NCBI GenBank assembly: GCA_016748015.1
Contig: JAAOMT010000238.1
Location: forward strand, 1 to 18,414
DNA length: 18,414 nucleotides
Reading direction: 5' to 3'
Source: Geosiphon pyriformis uo1
Lineage: Eukaryota; Fungi; Glomeromycota
The translations under genes were made by a program, and so were the position numbers. Position 1 is the stretch's first letter, and each line of letters begins with the position of its first letter. Shown one piece after another: positions 8,801 through 18,414 of this stretch. The notes under the pieces are model-generated. The model ran no database searches and had not been told where the DNA came from. It saw nothing but the letters and a program-made list of their open reading frames with translations.

Positions 8801-10453
8801 CTTACTGGTCAATAATCTGCTTAGTGTATTTTGTGAGCTTAGACACTTTATAATGTTCAGAATATTGGATAACAATTATTATTTTAATATAATATATTCT
8901 TTAAAACATTTTGGTATTGTTTTTGAGGAGAATTTGTTGAACAAGCATGGTTTAATTATGAATTGGAAGATGTTTCAATGTTAGAAAAAATTGAGTTTAA
9001 GAGGTTTAGTATTGTTATAGTTTAGAAAAGTTTTGTGTATATGAATAATTTTTCAATAGAATTTATTAAAAATGTTGCTAATTTGGACTGTTCTAATTTT
9101 TTTTACTTAAATGAGTTTTGAATGTTCATAAGCACTTGCATAAAGTAAAAATTAGAGCAATTAATATTTATACTAATGGCTTTTTGATGGATTTAGGTAT
9201 GGCAAAAATAGCTAATAGGATTGTAGCTTATTTTTTTGATATTAATATAGATATAAGTATTAAAATACATAAATTGTTGTCTTCAATATTATCAAAATTA
9301 CAAGCAATTGTTTTGGCTTTAGAATATATTCTATTATCTTGCTTAGTAGTTTTACATACAGATAGCCAAATGGCTTTGAATACATGTTTATTAGAAAACA
9401 AGTTTTGTCAGTCTAACTTTCAGAACAAATGTTGAATAAAAAGATATTATGTTGCTAATTTGATAAGATCAAAAAATATTTCTGTAATATAAATAAAAAT
9501 AAAAAGCTATTTAAAAAACTTTGATAATAATTAGACAGATGTTTTTGCTTATGTTATAGTACAATTATGTTTGGTTTTTTTTGTTGAAATTTGTAATAAA
9601 ATTTTTATGGTAAACAATCATGTAGTTTTAGGCAATATTTACTATTTTGTTCAAGATATTTATTAGACTATTTGCCAAGCTCTATAAGAAATAGATTCTG
9701 ATACAGATGTTTTAGACAATTTATTTATCTAAAGCATAAATTAAGATTGTATTGTTTCAGTTTAGCATCCAAATTTTTACATATTGACCAGTTTTACTAA
9801 TAAAAAGTTAGCTACTCTGTGTATGTATTTAATGAAAGCCATTCACAAAAAGTTGCCAGTTACTGTTTATAAGAGACTGTATAACAAAAATTATTCAAAT
9901 GTTTTATACTTAATATATAGTAATGTCAAGTTGTCTAATTATGTTTTTACTTGCTTTAAGAATGCCTCTGTGTGCTCTAATATTCTTTTTGATTATGCTG
10001 AACTGTGAAAGTTTTTAGTAAAAAATTGTTTTCTATCATTATTCTCAGTTTTATATACTTTTTTTTTAAAATGCTTTAAATATTAGTATTTATATGGTTT
10101 TGTATAAGAGCTTTGTTTTTAAGAAATAATTTAATAAGGCAGTATCTAGGTTTGAAAATAAAAAGAAAGTAGTGTTAACAATGATTGATTTTGTTTGTTT
10201 TTTGGCTAATGAATATTACAATAGGTTGTAATTGTTGAGATTTAAATTTAGAGCAGACATAAAAAAGAGTAATTTGGTCTATAATACAAGTATAGTGTCT
10301 GATTTGTCACATGGTTTGTCCAGCTTTTTGTCTGAGAAGGTGGTTTATTTTCTTGATATTGTTAAGTTTTTTGCTGTCAGTTTTGGTTTGTACAGACTAT
10401 GTCTGTTTTTTTTTGGTTTAAACAATAGTCTGAATGTTTTTATAAGTGTATAG
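5815..10453 (+). pseudogene. E2 ORF2 (APE endonuclease - reverse transcriptase - RNase H - CCHC)
   Basis: APE: KIVMCNIKYMN, LSSDFNKN (GDFN), KIIDYIFIS, FNTNYRAV (SDH-type). RT: NKAAG, NTWPIILIKT, LQDMYKAYNLV, LDLNEIFLSLLW (QG..SP), FVNNTI (YxDD site decayed, near 8115), INNNKT, YRYLG. RNase H: IYTNG, KLQAIVLAL, HTDSQ. Many stops and frameshifts. Confidence 0.92.
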
Positions 10454-10469
10454 TATTGTTTTAATTGAT

Positions 10470-10513
10470 CTAAGTAACTGGTCATATATAAAAAGAATAT
10501 AAGCCATGTTTAA
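10470..10513 (+). other. 3' UTR stem-loop of E2
   Basis: TAAGTA-AC-TGG-TCATAT pairs with ATATAA-G-CCA-TGTTTA (G-U pairs, one C-A mismatch explainable by G>A). It is at the same position as the hairpins in X and E1. Confidence 0.55.
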
Positions 10514-11076
10514 TTTGATTTACTTGCTTTGTTTCTGTGTACTAGATAATAATTAAACTGTACTTGTAAAATGAATTAAAAAAAAATTAATATACATAAT
10601 TAATCTCAAAATTATAACTGTTTAATTTTTCTAAAGAATTTAAAACTTAAATATATAAATATGTTTAAAATAAAAAAAATAAATAAATATTTAAAATAAA
10701 ATAAAAACAAATATTTTTTTAATTTATATAGCTTAATATAAATTTAAATTACTAATTATTTATAAAAAATATGTAAGTAATATTTTTGTTGCATATTTTA
10801 AATTTAATTAAATTATATTTTATTAATACTTAAAAATAATATTATTAAATTTGTTTTATTACAAATTAAAATATATAAACTTTTATTTAATAAGTTAAAA
10901 TTAATATAAAATTATATATATATATACAAAATAATAATAAAAATATATTTTAATTTTTTTTTTATTGATTTTTTGGTCACAACAAGAGCTTAAAATAGTT
11001 GAAAAAATACATTTTTTGTCTTTTTTTTTCTTTTGTTTTTGTAGTTATTTCTTTTAATATATCTTTATTTATTGCT

Positions 11077-13032
11077 ATGAATTTAGTAGGCTTGTTTGTT
11101 GATGGTTCTGGTTTTGTATTGGCTGAATTAGAAATCCAGTCTAACAATAAAAAAAAGCCTGTGTAAAGAGTATCTATTTTTGTGGTTTTTTTTACAAAAA
11201 AACAAAGATATTTAATGTTGCTAATAATGTGGTAAATTCATTAACTGGGTCTTTTTTTGTTAACATTTTACAAACTAATAATGTTGAACACAAAAAATCT
11301 TAGAGCAGTGAAGTGAATAACAAATTATCTAGTATTAGTGATATATCTGATGTCAAAAACATAAAGAATATAATTGCCAAAGAGACAAATTATGTGGATT
11401 TAAATGTCTCTGAAATTGATGATATGTTAAATAATATAACTTCAAAGAAAACACAAACAAAAACTTATGTATTAGAACAACTATTGAAGTTACTGGTTTT
11501 TCATAATTTGAGTGAGAATGAAACCAATTTGATGCTCCTAACACTTAAGTTTGCTGGCTCCAAGAAATTACTATTAATTGAGTTGCAAAACAAAGAATTT
11601 AGGAAATTTGGTTCGAAAAAATCATTTACATTAAATATTAATCTTTTAGCTGTTCCTAACAAGTCTTTTAGCAATAAATTAATAGCTTTGAAAAAAAAAT
11701 TTTATTGTGTAAATGGTTTTAAGAGGGCATCTACTTCCTCAAAATTTCTTGAATTAATTAGATTTTTTTTTACTTTGGAGTCAAGTTTGCAAAAGACTAG
11801 AAATTTGGCTATTAATGCAAAAATCTTGGTTAATAACAATATTAGAAAACCAAACAGTTGCTTAGATTGGGTAGCAATCATCAAAAAAATTTCAGTAGAT
11901 TTTTTCAAATTGGCAATTAAGTCAGTATTCTCCAAATTTGATAAGATAATTTCAATTAAATTGCAATTGATTGGTTTATGACAAAAAGTTTTGGTAAAAT
12001 TTGAATTATCAGATATTGTTAATTTAGTTGCTTCTAAATAGTTAGTTTTTGTGAAAAAAATTCTGTGTGTATAATTTTGGCTATCAATAATAAAAAATTA
12101 TGGATATCTAAAGATCAACATTAAACTTTATTGTATACTTTGTCTATTAGAACTACTGTTCATAATCTCTCTGATTTAGTAGAATCTTATAGTAAGAAAA
12201 CTTGTTTTATTGGCCACAATCTGAATTTGTATGTGCATAATAGATGTACAATAGTTTGTTTTTCTGATGAAGCATCTAAAATGATTGCTATTAATTCTGT
12301 TTTTATTTTTAAGAGTGTGAATCTGCATTGAGCTGGTCTTTTTTTGGCTTGTTGTACTTAATATAAACAATTTGGTCATGTTTTTGGTGTGTATTTAGTG
12401 GGTGAAAATCTTGGTGCCTGTGGTAAGCAGAATGTAACTTTTTAGAATTTGGTCTATTTAGCCAACATATATAAGAAGAAACAGGTACTAATTGCTTATC
12501 TAGTCTCTTTTGATGACAAATTTTGGGCTTAGGTGGTTTTGTCTGCTGCCTTTTCTGGAGTGGTTTGGTATTAGATTCTGGCTTTGGTTTTCGTTCTTTT
12601 AAGGGTTTACATATTAAGAAAAATTTGTTAATTGCTTATGGTAATTCATCTATTGTTGGTTATTTTACTTTTTTGGAGTATTTCTTAGAGCTCTTAGCTA
12701 ATCAAATATCAAATATTGTGTATAAACTGAATGGTATAAAACTGGTGCCTGTTTTTTGTGTTGTGTTTTCAATTGTTTTTGTCTTATTATTGTTACTGTT
12801 AGATTTGAATATAGTTTTAGATAACTTATGGTTGTCTCTCTTCCTTTCAGCCTTGGCTGTAAAAGACGAGATTATGGACTTGAATTTAAGCAATTTAAAG
12901 ATTTTTACTGCTAAAATTGGTGGTCTGAAATCAAAAATGGTGGTTTTCAATGCTTCTGTGAGATCTATTTTGGAAAAGCTGAATTTGTTGTATGTAAATT
13001 TGGGCTCTTTAGCACATTTTTTTTCTTAATAA
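11077..13032 (+). pseudogene. E3 ORF1 (gag-like: RRM-like domains, CCHC knuckle, coiled coil)
   Basis: ATG at 11077 (MNLVGLFVDGSG..NNKKK). RRM-like IIKKISVDFFKLAIKSVFSKFDKIISIKLQ; knuckle remnant CCT*YKQFGHVFGVY; coiled coil LEYFLELLANQISNI. Covers ORF-track pieces 11313-11981, 12131-12331 and 12523-13029. Confidence 0.78.
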
Positions 13033-16000
13033 CTGATCTGGTTTAGAAATTTACTATGTATAATGTTTGTAGTATTAATGTTTCTGTAAAACAGAAAGAC
13101 ATTGTCTAATAGCATAAGGAATCAAGTAATATGATTTCTTTTGTTATTGAAATGAAGTTGAGATTTAACATTAAGCTATAAATTATGAATAGATTTGATG
13201 AGATTCAAATTTTTACTTTGGGTTTAGATGTAAATTTTTTTGGTACTAGAGTTGCCATTATTATAAACAATTCTTTGGCTCATTATGTTTTAAAAGTAAA
13301 TAAAATTCCAGGTCAGTTGATTTCCATATGTTTTCTGTTCAAAAACAAGCTTTTGGTTACAATCTTGGGTCTGTATGCTAGTGTATTTATAGGTATATAT
13401 TTTAGCCAAGCTTCTGTTATTAACTTAATAATTTCTGAAGCAGTCAATTCTAGCTCTTTTACAGTTTTGAATGGTAACTTTAATGAGAATAGATCCAAAA
13501 AAAGTGTGAATTTTAGATTCTACTTGGATTTAGATCTAGTTAATATCTTTGATAATCATCTGTTAATTAAAGCTTTTACTTGAAGCAATTCTAGAAATGT
13601 TGAAAAAGTGTTGAATTCTATCTTCATGAATGAAAATCTGGCATCTGCAATTACATACTATAAAAGTGATTATGCATTAGAGTTTTTTGATATGAATCAT
13701 AAGGTAGTTTCAGTTATGATTGGTTTGAGTGGACTCCTAAACAATTGTCTTGCTAGCATTTGTAAACTGGCAAATTAGAACCAGAAAATTTCAAATTGAG
13801 GAATATGAATAAAATCCAATGGTTATGTTTTAAAAAGCAATCTTCTACTAAGTTGTTAATAACATCAAACATGTTTGGAAATACATATAACACTGATAAC
13901 TTAGATACAATATAAATAGTACTGAAAGATGCCATAATACACACTGCTAATATGGTGTTTTTTAAACATTCATATAGTGAATATAATTGTTTGAAAAATA
14001 AACAATTTTTAAGATTCTTCAAATTAGAGCTGTTTTTTATTAAAATTGTGAAAATTTGGAATTCTGAGAATCTTTTGAATTTTGACTGTCTTGTTGGAGT
14101 TTGGCTAACTATTAATAAAGTTGAGATGTCTAAGGTTGCTAACATGGTTTTGGATGGTATTAATTTAATAGATTTGGTCAAACATCTGTTAATAATAAGA
14201 AAAAGTTATTAGAAATCAAAATATTATAAGTCTAAGACATCTGAAAATGCTGCTATTAGGAAGACAATTAACTATTAAATGAAAAATTTCTGTTTTAACA
14301 AGGGACAGATAATTAAAAGCATTTTAGAATATCCATACTGCAAAGTTGTTTTGGATCACTTGGTGATGAGAAATAAATTGATGATTGAGCCTAATGAAAT
14401 AAAGCTTAAGATAGATAAAATTATGGAAGAATGAACAAAAAAAAGGTTAGTGCTTCTGAAGATGTCTAATTTGTGGTCTTACTAATATATGTCTTTGGAT
14501 TATGTTGATAATAATGTCTTTTTTGGTGTAATAAAAGAGATTGATATAAAGAAATTGTTTTTAGTTGTTAATAATTTGCTGAATAATAAGACTGCCAGGT
14601 TGTCAGAAATATCTAATGAACTTTGGAAATATTGTGGTAAAAAGATGTTGATTTGTCTTTTAAAACTGTTGAATTTGTGTTTAATTTCAGATGCAGTTCT
14701 AATTCCTTAGAAGAGATTATGGATTTCAATAATTCCAAAACCTTATAAATAAAATAATGTTTTAAAAAATACTAAGCTTATTGCACTGATTAAAATGGTC
14801 TGGAAAATTTTGTCTAAGATCTTTTTTGATCAAATTTTAGCAACATATAACAGATTTAATGTTCTTTGCAATGATAGCTTTTCAGTGTTAAAGAGTACTT
14901 TAACTCAGTCTTTTATCTTTGCTATTGAGTTAGTTGTCAAAAATGCTCTGAAAAAGAATAGAGAACTTTGGTTGGTTTTGTAAAATATGCACAAAGCTTA
15001 TAATTTAATAGGCTAGCATTATTTGAAAACCAGTTTGCTTCACATTAAAATGTGCAGTTGGTTTATCAATTTTTTTAGCAGTATTTATAATAATCGGATC
15101 AACAAAGTAATGACAGATTTTAAACTTTCATATGGTTATAGGATACATGATGGTTTAAATTAAAATGAGATTTTCTCTTCTTTTTTTTGAAAAATTTTTT
15201 ATAATCCTCTTTTGTGTAAAGTAAAGAGACATAAACACTTGTGTGAATACTATATTGATACTAAATTTGTGATAAAGACTAGCAAAGTTGAGACTGTTAG
15301 TAAGAGAACTTTTTTTTTAGCAACTAGTGTCTTTGTTAATGACACAATCTAGGTTGAAAGTTGTCAAGCTTCAATACAATATATTTTAAATATTGTCAAT
15401 AAGTTTTTTGATGTTAATAATATTTTAATTAACAATGATAAAACAGTAGCTATTTTTATTAATTAAGGTATCAAGTTTGTTTCACTGTTAATTAATAGTT
15501 TATTTATCTTGATTGCAAAAAAGAGTGAGTTACACAGATACTTGGACATTTTTTTATTCACTAAAAATCTCTTTAAGCCTAGTCTGGTTTAAGTTTATAT
15601 GAATATTAAGTTCTTTTCAAATATGGTGTTAAGAAAAACTATTATGGATAAACAGTTTTCTTATTTGGTTTCAGCTATTCTATAGCTCATAGTTAGCTAT
15701 TGTACACAGTTCAGTTTTGTTTTAGCTGATATATATCACAAATAAGATATAATAGTTAAGAAGTGTCTTAAGACCAAAGCTGGTTTGCCATATAACTTTC
15801 CCAATAAAACTTTACATTATCTATTTTTGTATGGTTTGAAATCTTTTAAGCAAGTGCAATTTGAAGGAAAGTTAGCTTTAATGGTTTTTTTTTCAATATC
15901 TACAGCATTTTAGGGCATTTTTTGAACATAGGTTTTTAGATCTGCAGATTTTGAGATAGTTCTTTTTGAATTTTTTACAGTTTCTTGTCAAGTTGTATGT

Positions 16001-16793
16001 TAGCCCAGTTAATAATTTCTTGGCCAGTATAATGAAATTTTTTTTGGAAAATGAGTTGTCTTTGATAAACAGCTTACTTAATGCTTTTTATAAGTCAAAT
16101 AGATTTTTGATGTTTGATATCTTAGAGCAACTTTTGTATTATAACTTTGTTCTTTTTTTGAAACAGTTTAGTATTGCATTTGGTAACAGACTTTTAGACA
16201 AAAAGAAAAATATAATGGACTGGAAAACATTTTGGTGGTAGAAAAAATTAGATCTTAGAGGCTCTGTGCTTTACTGATTTATGCTAACATCTAAGTTTAT
16301 GTGCAAAAATAGTGTTTCAAAGGCTGAGTCTACTGTTGTTTCTAGATTGTATATGCTAAATGTCTTAAATTCCAAAGAGTTCTATAATGTTCATGATTGT
16401 TTACTAAAAATTTGGTCTGATTGTATTAAAGTTTATACTAATAAGTCTTTAAAAAATGCTGGTTCTGCTGAAATAGTAAATGGGAGGACTGTTTATTTTT
16501 CAGCTACAGATGTAAGTATTAAAATTAAAGTGTATGGGCTTTTGTCTTCTATTTTAACTAAATTGCAAGCTGTTGTTTTGGCTTTAGAGTATGTTTCATT
16601 TTCATGTACTATAGTTTTGTATTTGGACAGCCAATCTGTAATTAACACTTATGTGTTTGAGATTTTGTTTGTGGTCTCTGACTTCTGCAATCAATGTTGA
16701 ATTGAAAAATTGCATGTAGTCAATTTTATTAGAAATAAAAATATTTTAGTTAAGTAAGTAAAAGTTAAAAGACATTTGGAGATTCTGGACAAT
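13029..16793 (+). pseudogene. E3 ORF2 (APE - RT - RNase H), truncated by gap
   Basis: APE: KFTMYNVCSIN, LNGNFNEN, FDMNHKVV. RT: NKTARLSEISNELWK, NMHKAYNLI, HDGLN*NEIFS, FVNDTI (near 15332), INNDKT, HRYLDIF. RNase H: VYTNKSL, KLQAVVLAL, YLDSQ. Confidence 0.92.
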
Positions 16794-17742
16794 NNNNNNN
16801 NNNNNNNNNNNNNNNNNNNNNNNNNNNNNNNNNNNNNNNNNNNNNNNNNNNNNNNNNNNNNNNNNNNNNNNNNNNNNNNNNNNNNNNNNNNNNNNNNNNN
16901 NNNNNNNNNNNNNNNNNNNNNNNNNNNNNNNNNNNNNNNNNNNNNNNNNNNNNNNNNNNNNNNNNNNNNNNNNNNNNNNNNNNNNNNNNNNNNNNNNNNN
17001 NNNNNNNNNNNNNNNNNNNNNNNNNNNNNNNNNNNNNNNNNNNNNNNNNNNNNNNNNNNNNNNNNNNNNNNNNNNNNNNNNNNNNNNNNNNNNNNNNNNN
17101 NNNNNNNNNNNNNNNNNNNNNNNNNNNNNNNNNNNNNNNNNNNNNNNNNNNNNNNNNNNNNNNNNNNNNNNNNNNNNNNNNNNNNNNNNNNNNNNNNNNN
17201 NNNNNNNNNNNNNNNNNNNNNNNNNNNNNNNNNNNNNNNNNNNNNNNNNNNNNNNNNNNNNNNNNNNNNNNNNNNNNNNNNNNNNNNNNNNNNNNNNNNN
17301 NNNNNNNNNNNNNNNNNNNNNNNNNNNNNNNNNNNNNNNNNNNNNNNNNNNNNNNNNNNNNNNNNNNNNNNNNNNNNNNNNNNNNNNNNNNNNNNNNNNN
17401 NNNNNNNNNNNNNNNNNNNNNNNNNNNNNNNNNNNNNNNNNNNNNNNNNNNNNNNNNNNNNNNNNNNNNNNNNNNNNNNNNNNNNNNNNNNNNNNNNNNN
17501 NNNNNNNNNNNNNNNNNNNNNNNNNNNNNNNNNNNNNNNNNNNNNNNNNNNNNNNNNNNNNNNNNNNNNNNNNNNNNNNNNNNNNNNNNNNNNNNNNNNN
17601 NNNNNNNNNNNNNNNNNNNNNNNNNNNNNNNNNNNNNNNNNNNNNNNNNNNNNNNNNNNNNNNNNNNNNNNNNNNNNNNNNNNNNNNNNNNNNNNNNNNN
17701 NNNNNNNNNNNNNNNNNNNNNNNNNNNNNNNNNNNNNNNNNN
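16794..17742. other. Assembly gap (949 N)
   Basis: Run of N. Confidence 0.99.
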
Positions 17743-18108
17743 AAGATATTAAACGTGAATTAGAATACGTAAAGACCCAGTATGGGAGATGCGTGGGGGA
17801 GCTGAAGGAGAAGGGTGAGAAGCTAGAAAAGTTAATGGGTGAGAAGGAAGAGGAGTTTGAAAAGGAAGATGAGTTACGTAAATTGAAGAAGAATTTGAGA
17901 CAGGAGAAGTACAAGAACGAAAACGAAAAGCATTGGTGGATAGAAGATATAAAGGCGCTAGAAAAGCAAAAAGAAAAGCTAGAAAAGCAAAAAGAAAAGC
18001 AAAAAGAAAAGCTAGAAGAAGAAGTGAAGGAGCTAAAAGTAGAAAAGAACGAGTGGAAGGTGCAAATGCAAAATTTACAAAATACGTTGATGGAAACAAC
18101 TCAGACAG
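17743..18108 (+). CDS. Exon (5' end in gap) encoding a Lys/Glu-rich coiled coil; part of the spliced gene continuing at 18252
   Basis: Open frame DIKRELEYVKTQ...LMETTQT, purine-rich, with normal CpG content. It ends at the donor G|GTAACT (18108/18109). Confidence 0.75.
17957..18017 (+). repeat. Intragenic 21-bp repeat (heptad LEKQKEK x2 plus partial copies)
   Basis: GCTAGAAAAGCAAAAAGAAAA at 17957-17977 and 17978-17998, then GCAAAAAGAAAA and GCTAGAA. Confidence 0.85.
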
Positions 18109-18251
18109 GTAACTCGGGCGTTGGGAAATGGAGTAGGATAAAAAAGTACTTTCTTTGGGGAAATAGAGTAGTGTGTACATAGGGTAGAATAGACATAGTA
18201 ATGTGGTTTTCTATACTGTGGATTTATCACTAACTGGAGTTACTTTTCTAG
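18109..18251 (+). other. Spliceosomal intron, 143 nt, phase 1
   Basis: Donor GTAACT, branch point CACTAAC (18228-18234), acceptor TTTTCTAG. Splicing joins the two open frames in phase. Confidence 0.78.
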
Positions 18252-18414
18252 TTAAAATCAGCTTGGAAGATGCGCTGTCATCTATACCACCCCCCGTAAG
18301 ATATTCTTCAACAGGTGTTACATCGAAGACCACTACGAAAGTCCATGGTAACCCACCGACAAGTGTACTGCTTTGGGATAACTTTCTCGAGGAAGTGAAC
18401 CAATTCCGCTTCGA
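18252..18414 (+). CDS. Exon (runs off window) resembling the Glomeromycotina Crinkler-type REase + protein kinase family
   Basis: (V)KISLEDALSSIPPPVRYSSTGVTSKTTTKVHGNPPTSVLLWDNFLEEVNQFRF is open to the window end. I recognise it from memory as the segment preceding the REase-like and kinase domains in Rhizophagus-type CRN/kinase proteins. Those domains are outside the window. Confidence 0.65.

Larger units (their letters stand above)
3852..10586 (+). mobile_element. E2: full-length (~6.7 kb) decayed LINE, L1-like with RNase H
   Basis: Has a 5' UTR, ORF1, ORF2, 3' UTR and A9 (10578-10586). Candidate TSD AAAAATTAATATA at 3839-3851 and 10582-10594. The 5' boundary depends on that AT-only TSD and is less certain. 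Confidence 0.9.
10970..16793 (+). mobile_element. E3: decayed LINE of the same type (divergent subfamily), 3' end lost in the assembly gap
   Basis: ORF1 and ORF2 are colinear with E2 up to the RNase H motif VKVKRHLEILDN at the gap edge. The 5' boundary is approximate, set where composition changes from the AT backbone. Confidence 0.88.

Noticed and set aside
10913-10926. (TA)7 microsatellite upstream of E3
   Set aside because: Expected in such AT-rich DNA, and there is no evidence it is the E3 target site.
1578-14181. Short - strand ORFs (e.g. 1578-1808, 3466-3717, 4475-4720, 11702-11935, 13753-14181)
   Set aside because: Antisense shadows of the + strand retroelement frames, with no recognisable motifs.
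749-16793. TGA at conserved Trp positions suggesting genetic code 4 (mitochondrial or Mollicutes-related endobacteria)
   Set aside because: Trp sites also appear as TAG and TAA, Gln sites as TAA/TAG, catalytic residues are lost and frameshifts occur. This is mutational decay, not recoding.
744-16793. Strict Drosophila-style telomere elongation by retrotransposon end-addition
   Set aside because: A canonical TTAGGG cap is present, the elements are dead and divergent, they are separated by AT spacers, and X and E2 have candidate TSDs indicating internal insertion.
16691-18182. 407-aa and 468-aa ORFs spanning the gap, and - strand ORF 17749-18180
   Set aside because: Artefacts of translating Ns. 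The - strand ORF mirrors the purine-rich coiled-coil exon, and the last 24 codons of the + ORF are probably intronic.

Overview
Left end of a eukaryotic chromosome, most likely from a Glomeromycotina fungus. The decayed elements resemble repeats I recall from Geosiphon pyriformis; this is recollection, not a search result. The window opens with a 738-bp telomeric array in unbroken 6-bp phase, going from pure CCCTAA through mixed CCCTAA/CCCTAT to C>T-decayed CCCTAT. The array is fused directly into the ORF2 of a 5'-truncated LINE (E1). Four co-oriented (+ strand, poly(A) towards the centromere), heavily C>T/G>A-mutated non-LTR retroelements sit in a very AT-rich backbone. They are E1 (RNase H + CCHC end), a ~0.5-kb element X, full-length E2 (ORF1 RRM/Zn-knuckle; ORF2 APE-RT-RNase H-CCHC) and E3 (same layout, running into a 949-N gap). 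X encodes a different protein C-terminus but carries the same 3' stem-loop tail as the LINEs, has its own target-site duplication, and looks like a non-autonomous partner (HAL1/HeT-A-like). Right of the gap is an unmutated spliced gene missed by the ORF track: a coiled-coil exon, a 143-nt intron, and an exon resembling the Glomeromycotina Crinkler-type REase-kinase family. All alignments and counts were done by eye.
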